Below, piece after piece: positions 31,828 to 42,249 of a stretch of 64,000 nucleotides of DNA. The notes beneath the pieces were generated by a model that was not told where the DNA came from, ran no database searches, and worked only from the letters and a program-made list of their open reading frames with translations. Position 1 is the stretch's first letter. Every line of letters starts with the position of its first letter. The DNA lies in NCBI GenBank assembly GCA_017939155.1, contig JAGAZZ010000021.1:40204-104203 (forward strand), given 5' to 3'. A program made the position numbers and the translations under genes. Source of the DNA: Alphaproteobacteria bacterium (lineage in GTDB: Bacteria > Pseudomonadota > Alphaproteobacteria > RF32 > CAG-239).

Positions 31828-33630
31828 TTAATCGTCGCCGATTCTAAGCGCTTCAATAAACGCCGACTGGGGCACTTCCACTTTGCCAAACTGCCTCATC
31901 CGCTGTTTACCTTTTTTCTGCTTATCCAAAAGTTTGCGTTTACGCGTCACGTCACCGCCGTAACACTTCGCCGTCACGTCTTTACGCATAGCCGAAATTG
32001 TTTCTCTCGCAACCACTCTGCCGCCAATCGCCGCCTGAATCGGAATCTTAAACAAATGCCTTGGGATTAAATCTTTTAATCTCTCGCAAATCTGCCGTCC
32101 GCGCGATTCGGCCTCGCTTCTATGACACAAAAACGCCAACGCGTCCACCGGCTCCTCATTAATTAAAATCTGCACCTTCACTAAATCAGAAACTTCATAG
32201 CCCGTCAATTCATAGTCAAAGCTGGCATATCCGCTGGTGATAGATTTTAACCTATCATAAAAATCAAACACGATTTCATTAAGCGGAATTTGATAAACCA
32301 CCATCGCCCGGCTCCCGACGTATGTCAGTTCCTGCTGCACGCCGCGGCGCTCGGTGCAAAGTTTTAACACCGCACCCAAATATGTATCCGGCACAAGAAT
32401 TGTTGCCCGCACCATTGGCTCTTCAATAGACGCCACTGTCGATAAATCCGGCATATCCGCAGGATTGTGCAACATAATCGTTTCACCTTTGGTCAGATTG
32501 ATTTTATAGGCAACCGATGGCGCCGTTGTGATAATATCCAAATCAAACTCACGCCCGATTCGCTCTTGGATAATTTCCATATGCAAAAGCCCTAAAAAGC
32601 CGCAACGAAAACCTAAGCCCAACGCCGCCGAGTTTTCATTTTGATAATCAATACTCGCGTCATTAAGTTTCAACTTTGCCAATGCGTCTTTCAACGCCTC
32701 ATACTGGCTGCTGTCAACCGGAAAGATAGAGCAGAAAACCACCGGAATAGACGGCTTAAACCCCGGCAAAGCCTGTTCACACGGGCGTTTATTATCGGTA
32801 ATCGTATCACCGACACTGCAATCCCCCACGCTCTTAATACTTGCCGTAATAAAGCCCACCTCACCGGCAGAGAGTTCTTCCACATCTTGCATTTTAGGCG
32901 TAAACACGCCGATTCTATCGACAGTATACACGGCGTTGTTGCTCATCATACGGATAACTTGTTTTTTGCGCAAAGTACCGTCTTTAATGCGCACCAAAAT
33001 AATCACACCCAGATAAGAGTCGTACCAACTATCAATAAGCAAAGCTTTCAATGGCGCATCAACATCACCCTTTGGCGCCGGCAAATGTTGAACAATTGCC
33101 TCTAGAAGTTCATCAATGCCCAAACCGGTCTTTCCCGACGTTTCCACCGCACCGCTGGCGTCAATCCCAATAACATCTTCAATCTGACTTTTCACTTTTT
33201 CCACATCCGCCGATGGCAAATCCACTTTATTTAACGCCGGTACAATCTCGTGGTCATTATCAATCGCCAAATACACATTTGCAAGCGTTTGCGCCTCCAC
33301 CCCTTGCGTCGCGTCCACCACCAAAACCGAACCTTCGCACGCCGCGAGTGACCGTGACACTTCGTATGAAAAGTCAACGTGTCCGGGGGTATCAATCAGA
33401 TTAAGCAAATATTCTTCGCCGTCTTTAGCCTTATATTTGAGCCGCACGGTCTGCGCTTTAATCGTAATGCCGCGCTCTTTCTCAATATCCATCGAGTCGA
33501 GCACTTGCTCGGTCATCTCACGCCGCTCCAACCCGCCGCACGTTTCAATAATTCTGTCGGCAATGGTCGATTTTCCGTGGTCAATATGGGCAATAATTGC
33601 AAAATTTCTGATTTTTGCCAAATCCTGCAT
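31828..33630 (-). CDS. lepA: Elongation factor 4 (LepA)
   Basis: [35 protein letters not shown]. Confidence 0.99.
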   Translation of the reverse strand: MQDLAKIRNFAIIAHIDHGKSTIADRIIETCGGLERREMTEQVLDSMDIEKERGITIKAQTVRLKYKAKDGEEYLLNLIDTPGHVDFSYEVSRSLAACEGSVLVVDATQGVEAQTLANVYLAIDNDHEIVPALNKVDLPSADVEKVKSQIEDVIGIDASGAVETSGKTGLGIDELLEAIVQHLPAPKGDVDAPLKALLIDSWYDSYLGVIILVRIKDGTLRKKQVIRMMSNNAVYTVDRIGVFTPKMQDVEELSAGEVGFITASIKSVGDCSVGDTITDNKRPCEQALPGFKPSIPVVFCSIFPVDSSQYEALKDALAKLKLNDASIDYQNENSAALGLGFRCGFLGLLHMEIIQERIGREFDLDIITTAPSVAYKINLTKGETIMLHNPADMPDLSTVASIEEPMVRATILVPDTYLGAVLKLCTERRGVQQELTYVGSRAMVVYQIPLNEIVFDFYDRLKSITSGYASFDYELTGYEVSDLVKVQILINEEPVDALAFLCHRSEAESRGRQICERLKDLIPRHLFKIPIQAAIGGRVVARETISAMRKDVTAKCYGGDVTRKRKLLDKQKKGKQRMRQFGKVEVPQSAFIEALRIGDD

Positions 33631-33713
33631 TTGTCATTTTTCCTTTTCTTTAATAAACTTACCTTTATAAATAGGTTTTATTAAACGAGTTTTGTGAGAA
33701 ATATCACAAATTA

Positions 33714-33755
33714 GTCATTGCGAAGTGCGCCATAAGGCAGATACTGAAGCAATCC
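33714..33755. repeat. Degenerate REP/RPE-like palindromic element
   Basis: GTCATTGCGA...GAAGCAATCC ends, typical of GTCATTGCGAG-type REP-like elements. Confidence 0.5.
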
Positions 33756-33907
33756 ATAACTGGTACATAGCACACAAATTATAATATAGAACATAAAATA
33801 TATTTTTTGAAACCGCAACAGATTTTATACTTTCCTATTGCAACTCAGCAAAAAATATGCTTAAATAAAAAAAATAGAATTATTTGGTACAGCTAACGGA
33901 GGCAGTT

Positions 33908-34345
33908 ATGATTAGATTTATTGATATAGAGTTTGGCTCAAGCCGCTATCAGGAGCTTTTGGATTTACGTTATAAAATCTTGCTCCAACCGTTAGGCTTA
34001 AAATTTCTCGATTCGTACCGCGAACAAGAAGCTTCTTTTCTCCACATCGGCTGTATAGATAACAGTACTGACGAACTAATCGGCGGTTTAATCCTCGTAC
34101 CGGTTGACAATGAAGAAATCCGCGTTATGCAAGTTGCAGTAGACCCCGCCCGCCAAGGCGAAGGAACCGGTCGCAAACTCATCGAATATGCTGAAAAAAC
34201 CGCCAAAGAAATCGGCTATTCACGAATCGTTATGCACGCTATGCTCTCCGTCGTCGGTTTTTACGAAAAACTGGGCTTCACTCAAGACAGCGATTTATTC
34301 GAAGAAAAAGGCATAAACTTCGTCAGAATGGTAAAAGAGTTATAA
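33908..34345 (+). CDS. GNAT N-acetyltransferase (ElaA-like)
   Basis: VAV..ARQGEGTGRKL, FYEKLGF. Confidence 0.9.
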   Translation: MIRFIDIEFGSSRYQELLDLRYKILLQPLGLKFLDSYREQEASFLHIGCIDNSTDELIGGLILVPVDNEEIRVMQVAVDPARQGEGTGRKLIEYAEKTAKEIGYSRIVMHAMLSVVGFYEKLGFTQDSDLFEEKGINFVRMVKEL

Positions 34346-34382
34346 GAAGACTCTTTATACTCTGAAATCAGCAGAGATTGTC

Positions 34383-35504
34383 CTAATCCAAATAAAGTGA
34401 GCTTAATTTATATCTCTTGATAGCGTTTCTCACCAACACGCCGATAATCGCCGCCATCGGCACCGCCAACATCAAACCCAAAAATCCGAGCAACACACCA
34501 CCGGCCAACAAGGCAAACATCACCCATACCGGATGCAGTCCCACACTCTCGCCCACCAGCTTCGGCGTTAAGAAATTGCCCTCTAAAAACTGTCCGACTA
34601 AAAACACGCCAATCACATACATAACGTGTTCAACATCACCATATTGCGCAAACGCCAACACACACCCGAGCACAAAACCGGTAATCGACCCGACATACGG
34701 GATAAATGAGATAATACCGGAAATAAACCCGACCAAAAGTCCGAGTTCCAACCCGACAAGTTTTAAGCCGATAGAATAAAACAAGCCCAAAATCAGGCAA
34801 ACGCTTAACTGACCGCGAATGAAACCGGCGATAATCACATTAATTTCACTCATTGTTGACATAATGCCTTTTTTAGATTTCTTCGGCAAAAGCCCCTCAA
34901 ATTTTGCCACGAAAATATCCCAATCACGCAGCATATAAAACGTCACAACCGGCGTAATCAAAATAAGAGAAATCAAATTAATCAGCGCAAAACCGTTAGA
35001 AAGCAGCCCGCTTAGCACCTTGCCTATAATTTTCAAACCATTGCCGATATTGCCTCTGACCATTTCTTCAACATTACCACCTTTTAAATCCGGAAATTTC
35101 TCCGCCAGTTCTTGCAACATCGGGCGGATTTTTTCCATAATCAATCCTAAATATTTAGGCGTAGCCTGCAACAATAATGCAATTTGGTTCTCAAGCATAC
35201 CTAAAAATAATCCCAACGCCGGCAAAACAATGATAACCACCATAAAACAAACAACAAGCGTCGCCCACAAACGTGACAACTTAAGCCGTTGTAGCTTATC
35301 GACCATCGGGTCGAGCAAATATGCCAGCAAAATTCCCGCCACAAACGGCATCAAAACCGAGCGCAACAGATACAATAAATAAAAAAACACAAAAAAGATA
35401 ACAAACCACATATACGGGCTGACATAAAAACGTCCCCTCATTGTCGGCATACTAACATTTGCCGGTGTAACCCTCGCTTGTTTTGCTGTTTTAGTAGATG
35501 GCAT
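34383..35504 (-). CDS. AI-2E family (PerM-like) transporter
   Basis: FIRGQ, IPYVG, EGNFLTPKLVGESVGLHPV. Confidence 0.93.
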   Translation of the reverse strand: MPSTKTAKQARVTPANVSMPTMRGRFYVSPYMWFVIFFVFFYLLYLLRSVLMPFVAGILLAYLLDPMVDKLQRLKLSRLWATLVVCFMVVIIVLPALGLFLGMLENQIALLLQATPKYLGLIMEKIRPMLQELAEKFPDLKGGNVEEMVRGNIGNGLKIIGKVLSGLLSNGFALINLISLILITPVVTFYMLRDWDIFVAKFEGLLPKKSKKGIMSTMSEINVIIAGFIRGQLSVCLILGLFYSIGLKLVGLELGLLVGFISGIISFIPYVGSITGFVLGCVLAFAQYGDVEHVMYVIGVFLVGQFLEGNFLTPKLVGESVGLHPVWVMFALLAGGVLLGFLGLMLAVPMAAIIGVLVRNAIKRYKLSSLYLD

Positions 35505-36513
35505 AGTAATCTCCTGACTTTCTTAATTGATACCCTTGAACTTCCAAATTAGCCTGCAGTTTTTCTTTTATACCGCTAAACTTAAAATTAAAATGAACTT
35601 TACCATTTGCCATGGAAACCACCGTGACATCACGCACTTGCGGATGATTTTCTAAGATATGTTTCAATGAAGTCCATTCCGTTAATTTATTATAAGCATA
35701 AATAACCTCAAGCTGTTCTTCATAAACATCAAAATCCTGCTTGGCAACCACATCTTTTTTGACATCTTTAAAATAAGGAATAACTTTTTCAATAGCTTTA
35801 AGCGGTGTTAAGCCGTTAACATCAATAGTTTCAGTTCCCTTTTTAGGAAAATCTTTAAGATAAACCTTCCCCTCTTTAGGCGAATATTTCAAGACATACA
35901 CCCCGAAAACCTTATTAAAATCAGCTAATTCATCATACTCGCCCTCAGCCATATCAAAAACTCGGTTAGGTTTAACCGCCGCAATATTGCCAAGATTTTT
36001 ATCAATCGTCACAAGGTTAAGATTTCCCTTTTTTCTGTTTTTTTTCTCAAGCCAAGCTTGCCGCCAGATATTTTCATCACTCCACAAATCAAGCGTTCCG
36101 TCCTCTTTTTCCAAAAGCGGAATAACCAAAACGTCCTGCTGTTCGCCAATAACAAGAGGCATATCGTTTTCTTCCATATATGCTTTTAAAATATCTTCAT
36201 TAACGCTGATTCGTAAATCCGCAATATAACGCACATCAGAAGATTTTTCCATCAAAACCGTCACACCTGAAATAAAATGTTCCAGTTGCTTATCTGTCAG
36301 TTCATTAATTTTGTTCACACTCTCATCCGTGCTGATACTAAGCAAAACTTCGTTCAGACCATCGCGCTGTGCTTGAGCCATCGCTGTCCTTTTCGCCTCG
36401 ACAACGCTTTTTGCTGTCACATCAACACTAACATCAGCTTCATACACCGGAGCAGAATTTGCCAAACTGCAAAACAAAAGCCCGAGCGCCACACTAAAAA
36501 AAACTTTCTTCAC
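35491..36513 (-). CDS. DUF2066-like exported protein
   Basis: Signal peptide from GTG 36513; V.VDVTA.S..EAK..AM..A; typical alphaproteobacterial position upstream of the AI-2E gene. Confidence 0.65.
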   Translation of the reverse strand: MKKVFFSVALGLLFCSLANSAPVYEADVSVDVTAKSVVEAKRTAMAQAQRDGLNEVLLSISTDESVNKINELTDKQLEHFISGVTVLMEKSSDVRYIADLRISVNEDILKAYMEENDMPLVIGEQQDVLVIPLLEKEDGTLDLWSDENIWRQAWLEKKNRKKGNLNLVTIDKNLGNIAAVKPNRVFDMAEGEYDELADFNKVFGVYVLKYSPKEGKVYLKDFPKKGTETIDVNGLTPLKAIEKVIPYFKDVKKDVVAKQDFDVYEEQLEVIYAYNKLTEWTSLKHILENHPQVRDVTVVSMANGKVHFNFKFSGIKEKLQANLEVQGYQLRKSGDYYAIY

Positions 36514-36651
36514 TAAAAAATCTCCAAATAACCAAAGATATTTGTTTTCTACACCAAACAAGCATAAAAATCAAACTTTTTTATTGCCTTTTAAATACTT
36601 CTGATATTAACTAAAAAAAATTTAATGTTACTTAATTTTAAGGAAACTCTC

Positions 36652-37653
36652 ATGAAAACAACTAAATTTCTGGACTCTATATTACAAAGAGCCGCCCAAA
36701 ACTTCAAAACAATCGTTTTGCCCGAAGGTGAAGATGAACGCATACTTGAAGCCGCGCACCATATCGCCGCAAACAAAGCAGCCAAGCTCATTATCTTAGG
36801 AAATCCCGAAGAAATTAAAGCTTACTATGCTAAAAACAACTGGAGTTTGGAAAACATCGAACTCTTAAAACCGGAAAATTCACCCAAGCTTGAAGAATAC
36901 GCAAATCTTTTATATGAACTTCGTAAAGCTAAAGGGATGACCATCGAAGAAGCAAGAAAAATGGCTCTGAACTATAACTACTTCGGAACATTGATGATAA
37001 AAGCCGGTGACGCCGACGGTATGGTATCAGGCGCCAACCACTCCACAGCAGATACAGTCCGCCCTGCCCTGCAGATTATCAAATCCGCACACAAAGACCG
37101 TAGCGTTTCTTCAGCCGTTGTTTTGGTTGCTAATGACAAACCTTATATTTTCTCAGATTGCGCTATCATTATCAACCCATCCGAGCAAGAACTTGCCGAT
37201 ATGGCTCTAGCCAGTGCTGAAACCGCTATTAAATTCGGATTAGACCCGAAAGTTGCCATGCTTTCTTATTCCACCTACGGCTCAGGTTCCGGTGGAATGG
37301 TAGACAAAGTTAAAAACGCCACCAAAATCGCGCAAGAAATGCTTGAAAATAGTGAGCTTAAAGGCAAAGCTTTAATTGATGGTGAATTACAGGCCGACGC
37401 GGCTCTTGATATGGTTGTGGCTAAGAAAAAAGCCCCCGGCTCAAAAGTTGCAGGACACGCTAACGTTATGATTTTCCCTTGTTTGGAAGTTGGCAACATC
37501 GGTTACAAACTTTTACAGCGTTTATACGGTGCGGAAGCGTATGGTCCGATTATGCAAGGCTTAAATGCACCTGTAAATGACCTTTCCCGCGGTGCTTTGG
37601 TTGAAGATATTATCGGTATGATTGCCATAACCGCTATTCAAGCCGTTAAATAA
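36652..37653 (+). CDS. pta: Phosphate acetyltransferase
   Basis: IVLPEGEDERIL, DGELQADAA, GNIGYKL, NDLSRG. Confidence 0.97.
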   Translation: MKTTKFLDSILQRAAQNFKTIVLPEGEDERILEAAHHIAANKAAKLIILGNPEEIKAYYAKNNWSLENIELLKPENSPKLEEYANLLYELRKAKGMTIEEARKMALNYNYFGTLMIKAGDADGMVSGANHSTADTVRPALQIIKSAHKDRSVSSAVVLVANDKPYIFSDCAIIINPSEQELADMALASAETAIKFGLDPKVAMLSYSTYGSGSGGMVDKVKNATKIAQEMLENSELKGKALIDGELQADAALDMVVAKKKAPGSKVAGHANVMIFPCLEVGNIGYKLLQRLYGAEAYGPIMQGLNAPVNDLSRGALVEDIIGMIAITAIQAVK

Positions 37654-37674
37654 CAGAAATAAGGAACTCACACA

Positions 37675-38859
37675 ATGAAAAAAATCTTAGTTTTAAACTC
37701 TGGCTCCTCTTCATTAAAATATCAGTTGTTCAATGTCACAGGTGATAAATATGATGTTATAGCCAAAGGTGTTGCCGACCGTATCGGAATTAACGGCTCT
37801 TTTGTGGAAATTAAATTTCCGAACGGGGATAAACGCAAACGTGAAGTCGCCCTCCCCACACACAATGAAGCCATCAATGAAGTTATAGCTGAACTTCTAA
37901 ACGGTGCATTAACTTCAATGGCAGAAATTGACGCTGTCGGTCACCGTGTTGTACAAGGTGGAGATATTTTCAAAAATTCTGTTTTAGTGACAGATACTGT
38001 TGTTGACCAGATAGAAAACTTAGCCGAGCTCGCACCGCTTCACAACCACGCTCACGTTTTAGGCATTAAAGCCGTACAAAAGCTTTTGCCAAACGTTCCG
38101 CAAACAGTTGTGTTTGACACGGCTTTTCATCAGACAATGCCTAAAGAAGCATATCTCTATGCTTTACCGCTTGAACAATACACAAAATATAAGATTCGCC
38201 GTTATGGTTTCCACGGCACGTCACACGCTTATGTATCGCAAAAAGCTGCCGAGCTCATCGGCAAAAAAGGCAAAATCATCACCTGTCACCTCGGCAATGG
38301 TGCTTCAATCTCTGCGGTTGATAACGGAATTTGCCTTGATACATCCATGGGCTTCACGCCGCTTGCCGGATTAATTATGGGCACTCGTTGCGGTGATATT
38401 GACCCCTATATTCCGCTTTATATTTGCAAATCGCAAAACAAAACCCCTGATGAGGTTAATGAAATTCTTAACAAAAAAAGCGGTATGTTCGGTCTTTGCG
38501 GTTATTCTGACAACCGCGATGTAGAAACACTTTATGGTGTAGAACAAAGTGCAACAGACGCGATGGACACCTATATTCATAGCATTATCCGCTTCATCGG
38601 TTCTTACATCGCCGTCTTAGGCGGTGTTGACGCTATTGTCTTCACAGCCGGTATTGGTGAAAACGGCTCCTTAGTCAGAAAGCTTGTTTTGGAACGCTTA
38701 AGCTATTTAGGTATAACCTTAGATGAAGAAGCCAACAACAAGCGCGGCAGTATAACAGAAATCTCCACACCGGATTCTAAGGTTCGTGTTTTTGTTATCC
38801 CGACTGATGAGGAATATATGATTGCTAAAGACACAATGCAAATCGTCTTCGGCGCATAA
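37675..38859 (+). CDS. ackA: Acetate kinase
   Basis: NSGSSSLKY, APLHN, YGFHGTSH, FTAGIGEN, PTDEE. Confidence 0.98.
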   Translation: MKKILVLNSGSSSLKYQLFNVTGDKYDVIAKGVADRIGINGSFVEIKFPNGDKRKREVALPTHNEAINEVIAELLNGALTSMAEIDAVGHRVVQGGDIFKNSVLVTDTVVDQIENLAELAPLHNHAHVLGIKAVQKLLPNVPQTVVFDTAFHQTMPKEAYLYALPLEQYTKYKIRRYGFHGTSHAYVSQKAAELIGKKGKIITCHLGNGASISAVDNGICLDTSMGFTPLAGLIMGTRCGDIDPYIPLYICKSQNKTPDEVNEILNKKSGMFGLCGYSDNRDVETLYGVEQSATDAMDTYIHSIIRFIGSYIAVLGGVDAIVFTAGIGENGSLVRKLVLERLSYLGITLDEEANNKRGSITEISTPDSKVRVFVIPTDEEYMIAKDTMQIVFGA

Positions 38860-38926
38860 TCAATCTAAACAGTCCTAAAAGAAAACCGCTGATAATAATT
38901 CAGCGGTTTTCTTTTTATTTCAAGCC

Positions 38927-40534
38927 TCAATAATCGATTCCTTTCAAAACAACCTCCCGATAACGTGCAAAAAGCAACTCATCTAAATTTAGCAACAAAA
39001 ATTTGTCATCAGCATAAATAAAATTCTCTCTTGGAAACACCTCAGCTCTATTATACATCCAATAACGTATATCTTTAACCTGTAACGGCAACTGTTTATA
39101 CCTATCACTTTTAACCCCTAAGGTAAACAATTTAGAATCCCAAACTCCTGCTTTAATATCCACCGGATTATGTTTTTCTTCCCAGAACAATACTTCAATT
39201 AACTGAAATGGCATTGTTAAATTCCCCAAAAATTCGCCTGCTTTAACCACATAGCGCGAATCATAATATCTTAAACCGAAATTTGCCCCACCAAAAGCAA
39301 TTGATAAATATCTCCCCTGTGCATCAAAATTTTTATATTGTGTTACTCGCTCCACCAAGCGTGTATGATATAGCCGTTCCGCTCTAAACCCTAAATAACG
39401 TACTTTTTCAATCTCAAAATCAGTTTTAGCAAAAACCCAAAGCACAATCATCCCTAAAGCAAAAAAAACATTCTTTATCTCCCGCTGTTTAAAACGCGAC
39501 AATATGCTAAATGCAAAAACATATAACCCAAGCCTTCCCCAATATTCACAGCGGAAAACAGCAATATAAGAGCTTGCAGACACAAGAAAGGCAAATCGTG
39601 ATGCCAGAAAAACCATAACAATTCCAACTCCAGCAATGATTTTATTCTCCGCATTTTTGATAAACAGCCCTATCGCCGCAAAACACCCCGCCGCAAGCGG
39701 CAAACAATACCACCAGTCCATAAAATGGTAAAAATGAAACAATTGGCTAAAAGAACGCCACAACTCAACCGGAACACTCGCAAGCATTTCGCTTACCGAG
39801 CGTACCTGCAAATTATACCATTCATCGTTCAAATATCCCCATTTTAATAAAGCAAAAAAAACAACCTTATATCCCAGATACCCCGCAACAAGCTGTCCTA
39901 AAAAGAAGCAACCGCAAAAAAAGCCCTCTTTAACCGTCTGTTTATGAAGCCAAATCATTAACAACCGGCGCGCTAAAAATACAGTCAAAATAAAATTTAA
40001 ATTCGGCGGATAACTCCCCAACAGTAAAACATAAAAAACAACTCCACCCAGAAATTTCATCACCCCAAATTTCGGCTCAGCTAAAAACAACGCCAAAACA
40101 CCAAGTCCTGCCCAGCAAATAAACGGCAAAAGCAGATAAAAATAATAAAACAGCACAAACGTATGCGGATTTAACCCGATAAAAAGCGCTAACCAACCCC
40201 ACATCTTCTGTGGAATTTCCAAATATCTGCCAATAACAAACGCTAGCCCGACCAATGCCGCAAAACTCAAAAAATAAGTTACAACCGGCAAAATATGCCC
40301 ATCAAATAAAAAATAAGAAAAAATATGTTGGCTGAATCGTCCCTCAAAAAAACCGGATGAAAGCTTAACCCCATCCTTTAAAAAATCCCAATCATGATTT
40401 CCCCAAAAGAAATTAAAAACCATATACGCATAAACAATATTAAGGCTTCCCCAAACCTTAAAAAAAGTCCGAAGCAATCCTTTTTCATCATCTTTATACG
40501 TCAAAAAATTCCGCCGTTTTTCACCAAAACACAT
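38927..40534 (-). CDS. GtrII-like (GT-C) membrane glycosyltransferase
   Basis: Multi-TM; WGNHDW..EGRF near the N-terminus, YPP in the membrane region; paralog of the next gene. Confidence 0.65.
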   Translation of the reverse strand: MCFGEKRRNFLTYKDDEKGLLRTFFKVWGSLNIVYAYMVFNFFWGNHDWDFLKDGVKLSSGFFEGRFSQHIFSYFLFDGHILPVVTYFLSFAALVGLAFVIGRYLEIPQKMWGWLALFIGLNPHTFVLFYYFYLLLPFICWAGLGVLALFLAEPKFGVMKFLGGVVFYVLLLGSYPPNLNFILTVFLARRLLMIWLHKQTVKEGFFCGCFFLGQLVAGYLGYKVVFFALLKWGYLNDEWYNLQVRSVSEMLASVPVELWRSFSQLFHFYHFMDWWYCLPLAAGCFAAIGLFIKNAENKIIAGVGIVMVFLASRFAFLVSASSYIAVFRCEYWGRLGLYVFAFSILSRFKQREIKNVFFALGMIVLWVFAKTDFEIEKVRYLGFRAERLYHTRLVERVTQYKNFDAQGRYLSIAFGGANFGLRYYDSRYVVKAGEFLGNLTMPFQLIEVLFWEEKHNPVDIKAGVWDSKLFTLGVKSDRYKQLPLQVKDIRYWMYNRAEVFPRENFIYADDKFLLLNLDELLFARYREVVLKGIDY

Positions 40535-40626
40535 TTTTTTCTTTCTAAAAGAGCCTTTTTAAACAGTCTAGCGCTAATTTTATATTTATACAAACGCCGT
40601 CCAAACTTTTTTCACATCTTAGAAAG

Positions 40627-42249
40627 CTATTCATCCAATTTTGTAACAACAAACTCGCGATTCTTATAAAAATTAAGTATATCCAACACCAAAATAATAT
40701 ACCTATCGTCAACATAAACGCCGTTTTGTTTTGCTTCCATATAAAGCCAATACCTCATATTACTCATATTTTCCGGATTATTTTGCCAATAATCGCTATT
40801 AAGCCAATATGGACCGCCATTGCTATGGTCTACCCGCAAAATAGTTTTACCATTAATTCCCGTGCCAATTGCAACCGGCTCATCCATATTCTCCCAAAAT
40901 AACATTTTAATCACATCATGATAAAAAACTAACCCGTATACAATCTGTTCGCCAAGCAAATTTTTGCCCTCTAAAAAATGTTTCTGAAAATTCGGATTTC
41001 CAAATGAAAAGGCAATATATTTCTTTTCCATAACAAAATTCGGATGCGAAACAACTCTGTCCACTAATCTTTCCTGATATTTCCGTCCCGCCAAAAAACT
41101 GAAATTTTGCACTTTTTGTATTTCAAAATCTGTTTGCGCAAATAAAAACAGTACGACCACACCCCACAATAAAAACAAATTTTTTGAGCATTTCTGCCTC
41201 AACCGACCAATAATGCTCAAAGCAAACAGCCCTAACCCAAAACGTCCGAAATACTCCAGCCTCACCGCACTAACCTCTGACCGTGGACTGATAAGAAAAG
41301 CAAAGCGTGAACACAAAAGCACTCCGATTAAAAGCAAACTCAAAATCACGCGGCTCCTATTACATTTATAATAAAGCAAATAAAACGCCGCCGCAACCGG
41401 AATAAATAATAAAATACAATAATCCCACGCCATAAACGTATAAATATTAAAAAATTGCCCGACAGACCGACCAAACTCAAGCGGAATATTAGCAATAATT
41501 TCCTCAATACTGCGCATCTTAATATTATACATATCTAAACTAATAAGCGAACGACTTTCTAAAAGCAGGTAAACTAACTTAAACCCCGCAAATCCCAAAA
41601 GAAATTGCCCGCCAAAATAAACATACGCTAAAAAAATCCTCTTAAGTTCTTCATTTTCATAACAATAACCAATAATTTGTCTTGCCGTAAAGAGTGTCAG
41701 CAACAACGCAATGTTCGGCGGATAACTTCCCAAAACTAAAAACCAAATCACACTTCCCACAACAAAACGCTTTAAGGATTTATCTTTTGCACAAAGTATC
41801 AATCCGACCACGCCGACAAGCGGCCAAGCCATAAACGGCAAAGCCAAATAAACATAATAGAAAAAAACAACAACAAACGGATTTAATCCCGCAAATAACA
41901 CAAATATATAAAAAATACCTTTTTCTTGCGGCACCTTTAAATAAACCGCCGCAAGAACTCCCGTCAGCACCTGTGCGGCAATTGAACAAATCCACACCAA
42001 CACCGGCAAAACCTGCCCGTTAAACAAAACAACGGAAAATAAATGCTGGCTGTATCTTGCTTCAAAAAAACCATCTTTTAGAGCAAGCTGATTACGAATA
42101 TAGCCCCAATCATGGTCTCCCCACCAAAGCCAAAACAACAAATAAGACCAAACAATAAAGCAAATAAAAAAGCTTGTTACAAAAATTCGCCCTAAAAAAT
42201 TAATATCATAATTTTCCGTCAAACTAAAATTTCTAATTTTTTCTAACAT
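40627..42249 (-). CDS. GtrII-like (GT-C) membrane glycosyltransferase
   Basis: WGDHDW..EARYSQH, LGSYPPN; collinear with 38927..40534. Confidence 0.65.
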   Translation of the reverse strand: MLEKIRNFSLTENYDINFLGRIFVTSFFICFIVWSYLLFWLWWGDHDWGYIRNQLALKDGFFEARYSQHLFSVVLFNGQVLPVLVWICSIAAQVLTGVLAAVYLKVPQEKGIFYIFVLFAGLNPFVVVFFYYVYLALPFMAWPLVGVVGLILCAKDKSLKRFVVGSVIWFLVLGSYPPNIALLLTLFTARQIIGYCYENEELKRIFLAYVYFGGQFLLGFAGFKLVYLLLESRSLISLDMYNIKMRSIEEIIANIPLEFGRSVGQFFNIYTFMAWDYCILLFIPVAAAFYLLYYKCNRSRVILSLLLIGVLLCSRFAFLISPRSEVSAVRLEYFGRFGLGLFALSIIGRLRQKCSKNLFLLWGVVVLFLFAQTDFEIQKVQNFSFLAGRKYQERLVDRVVSHPNFVMEKKYIAFSFGNPNFQKHFLEGKNLLGEQIVYGLVFYHDVIKMLFWENMDEPVAIGTGINGKTILRVDHSNGGPYWLNSDYWQNNPENMSNMRYWLYMEAKQNGVYVDDRYIILVLDILNFYKNREFVVTKLDE

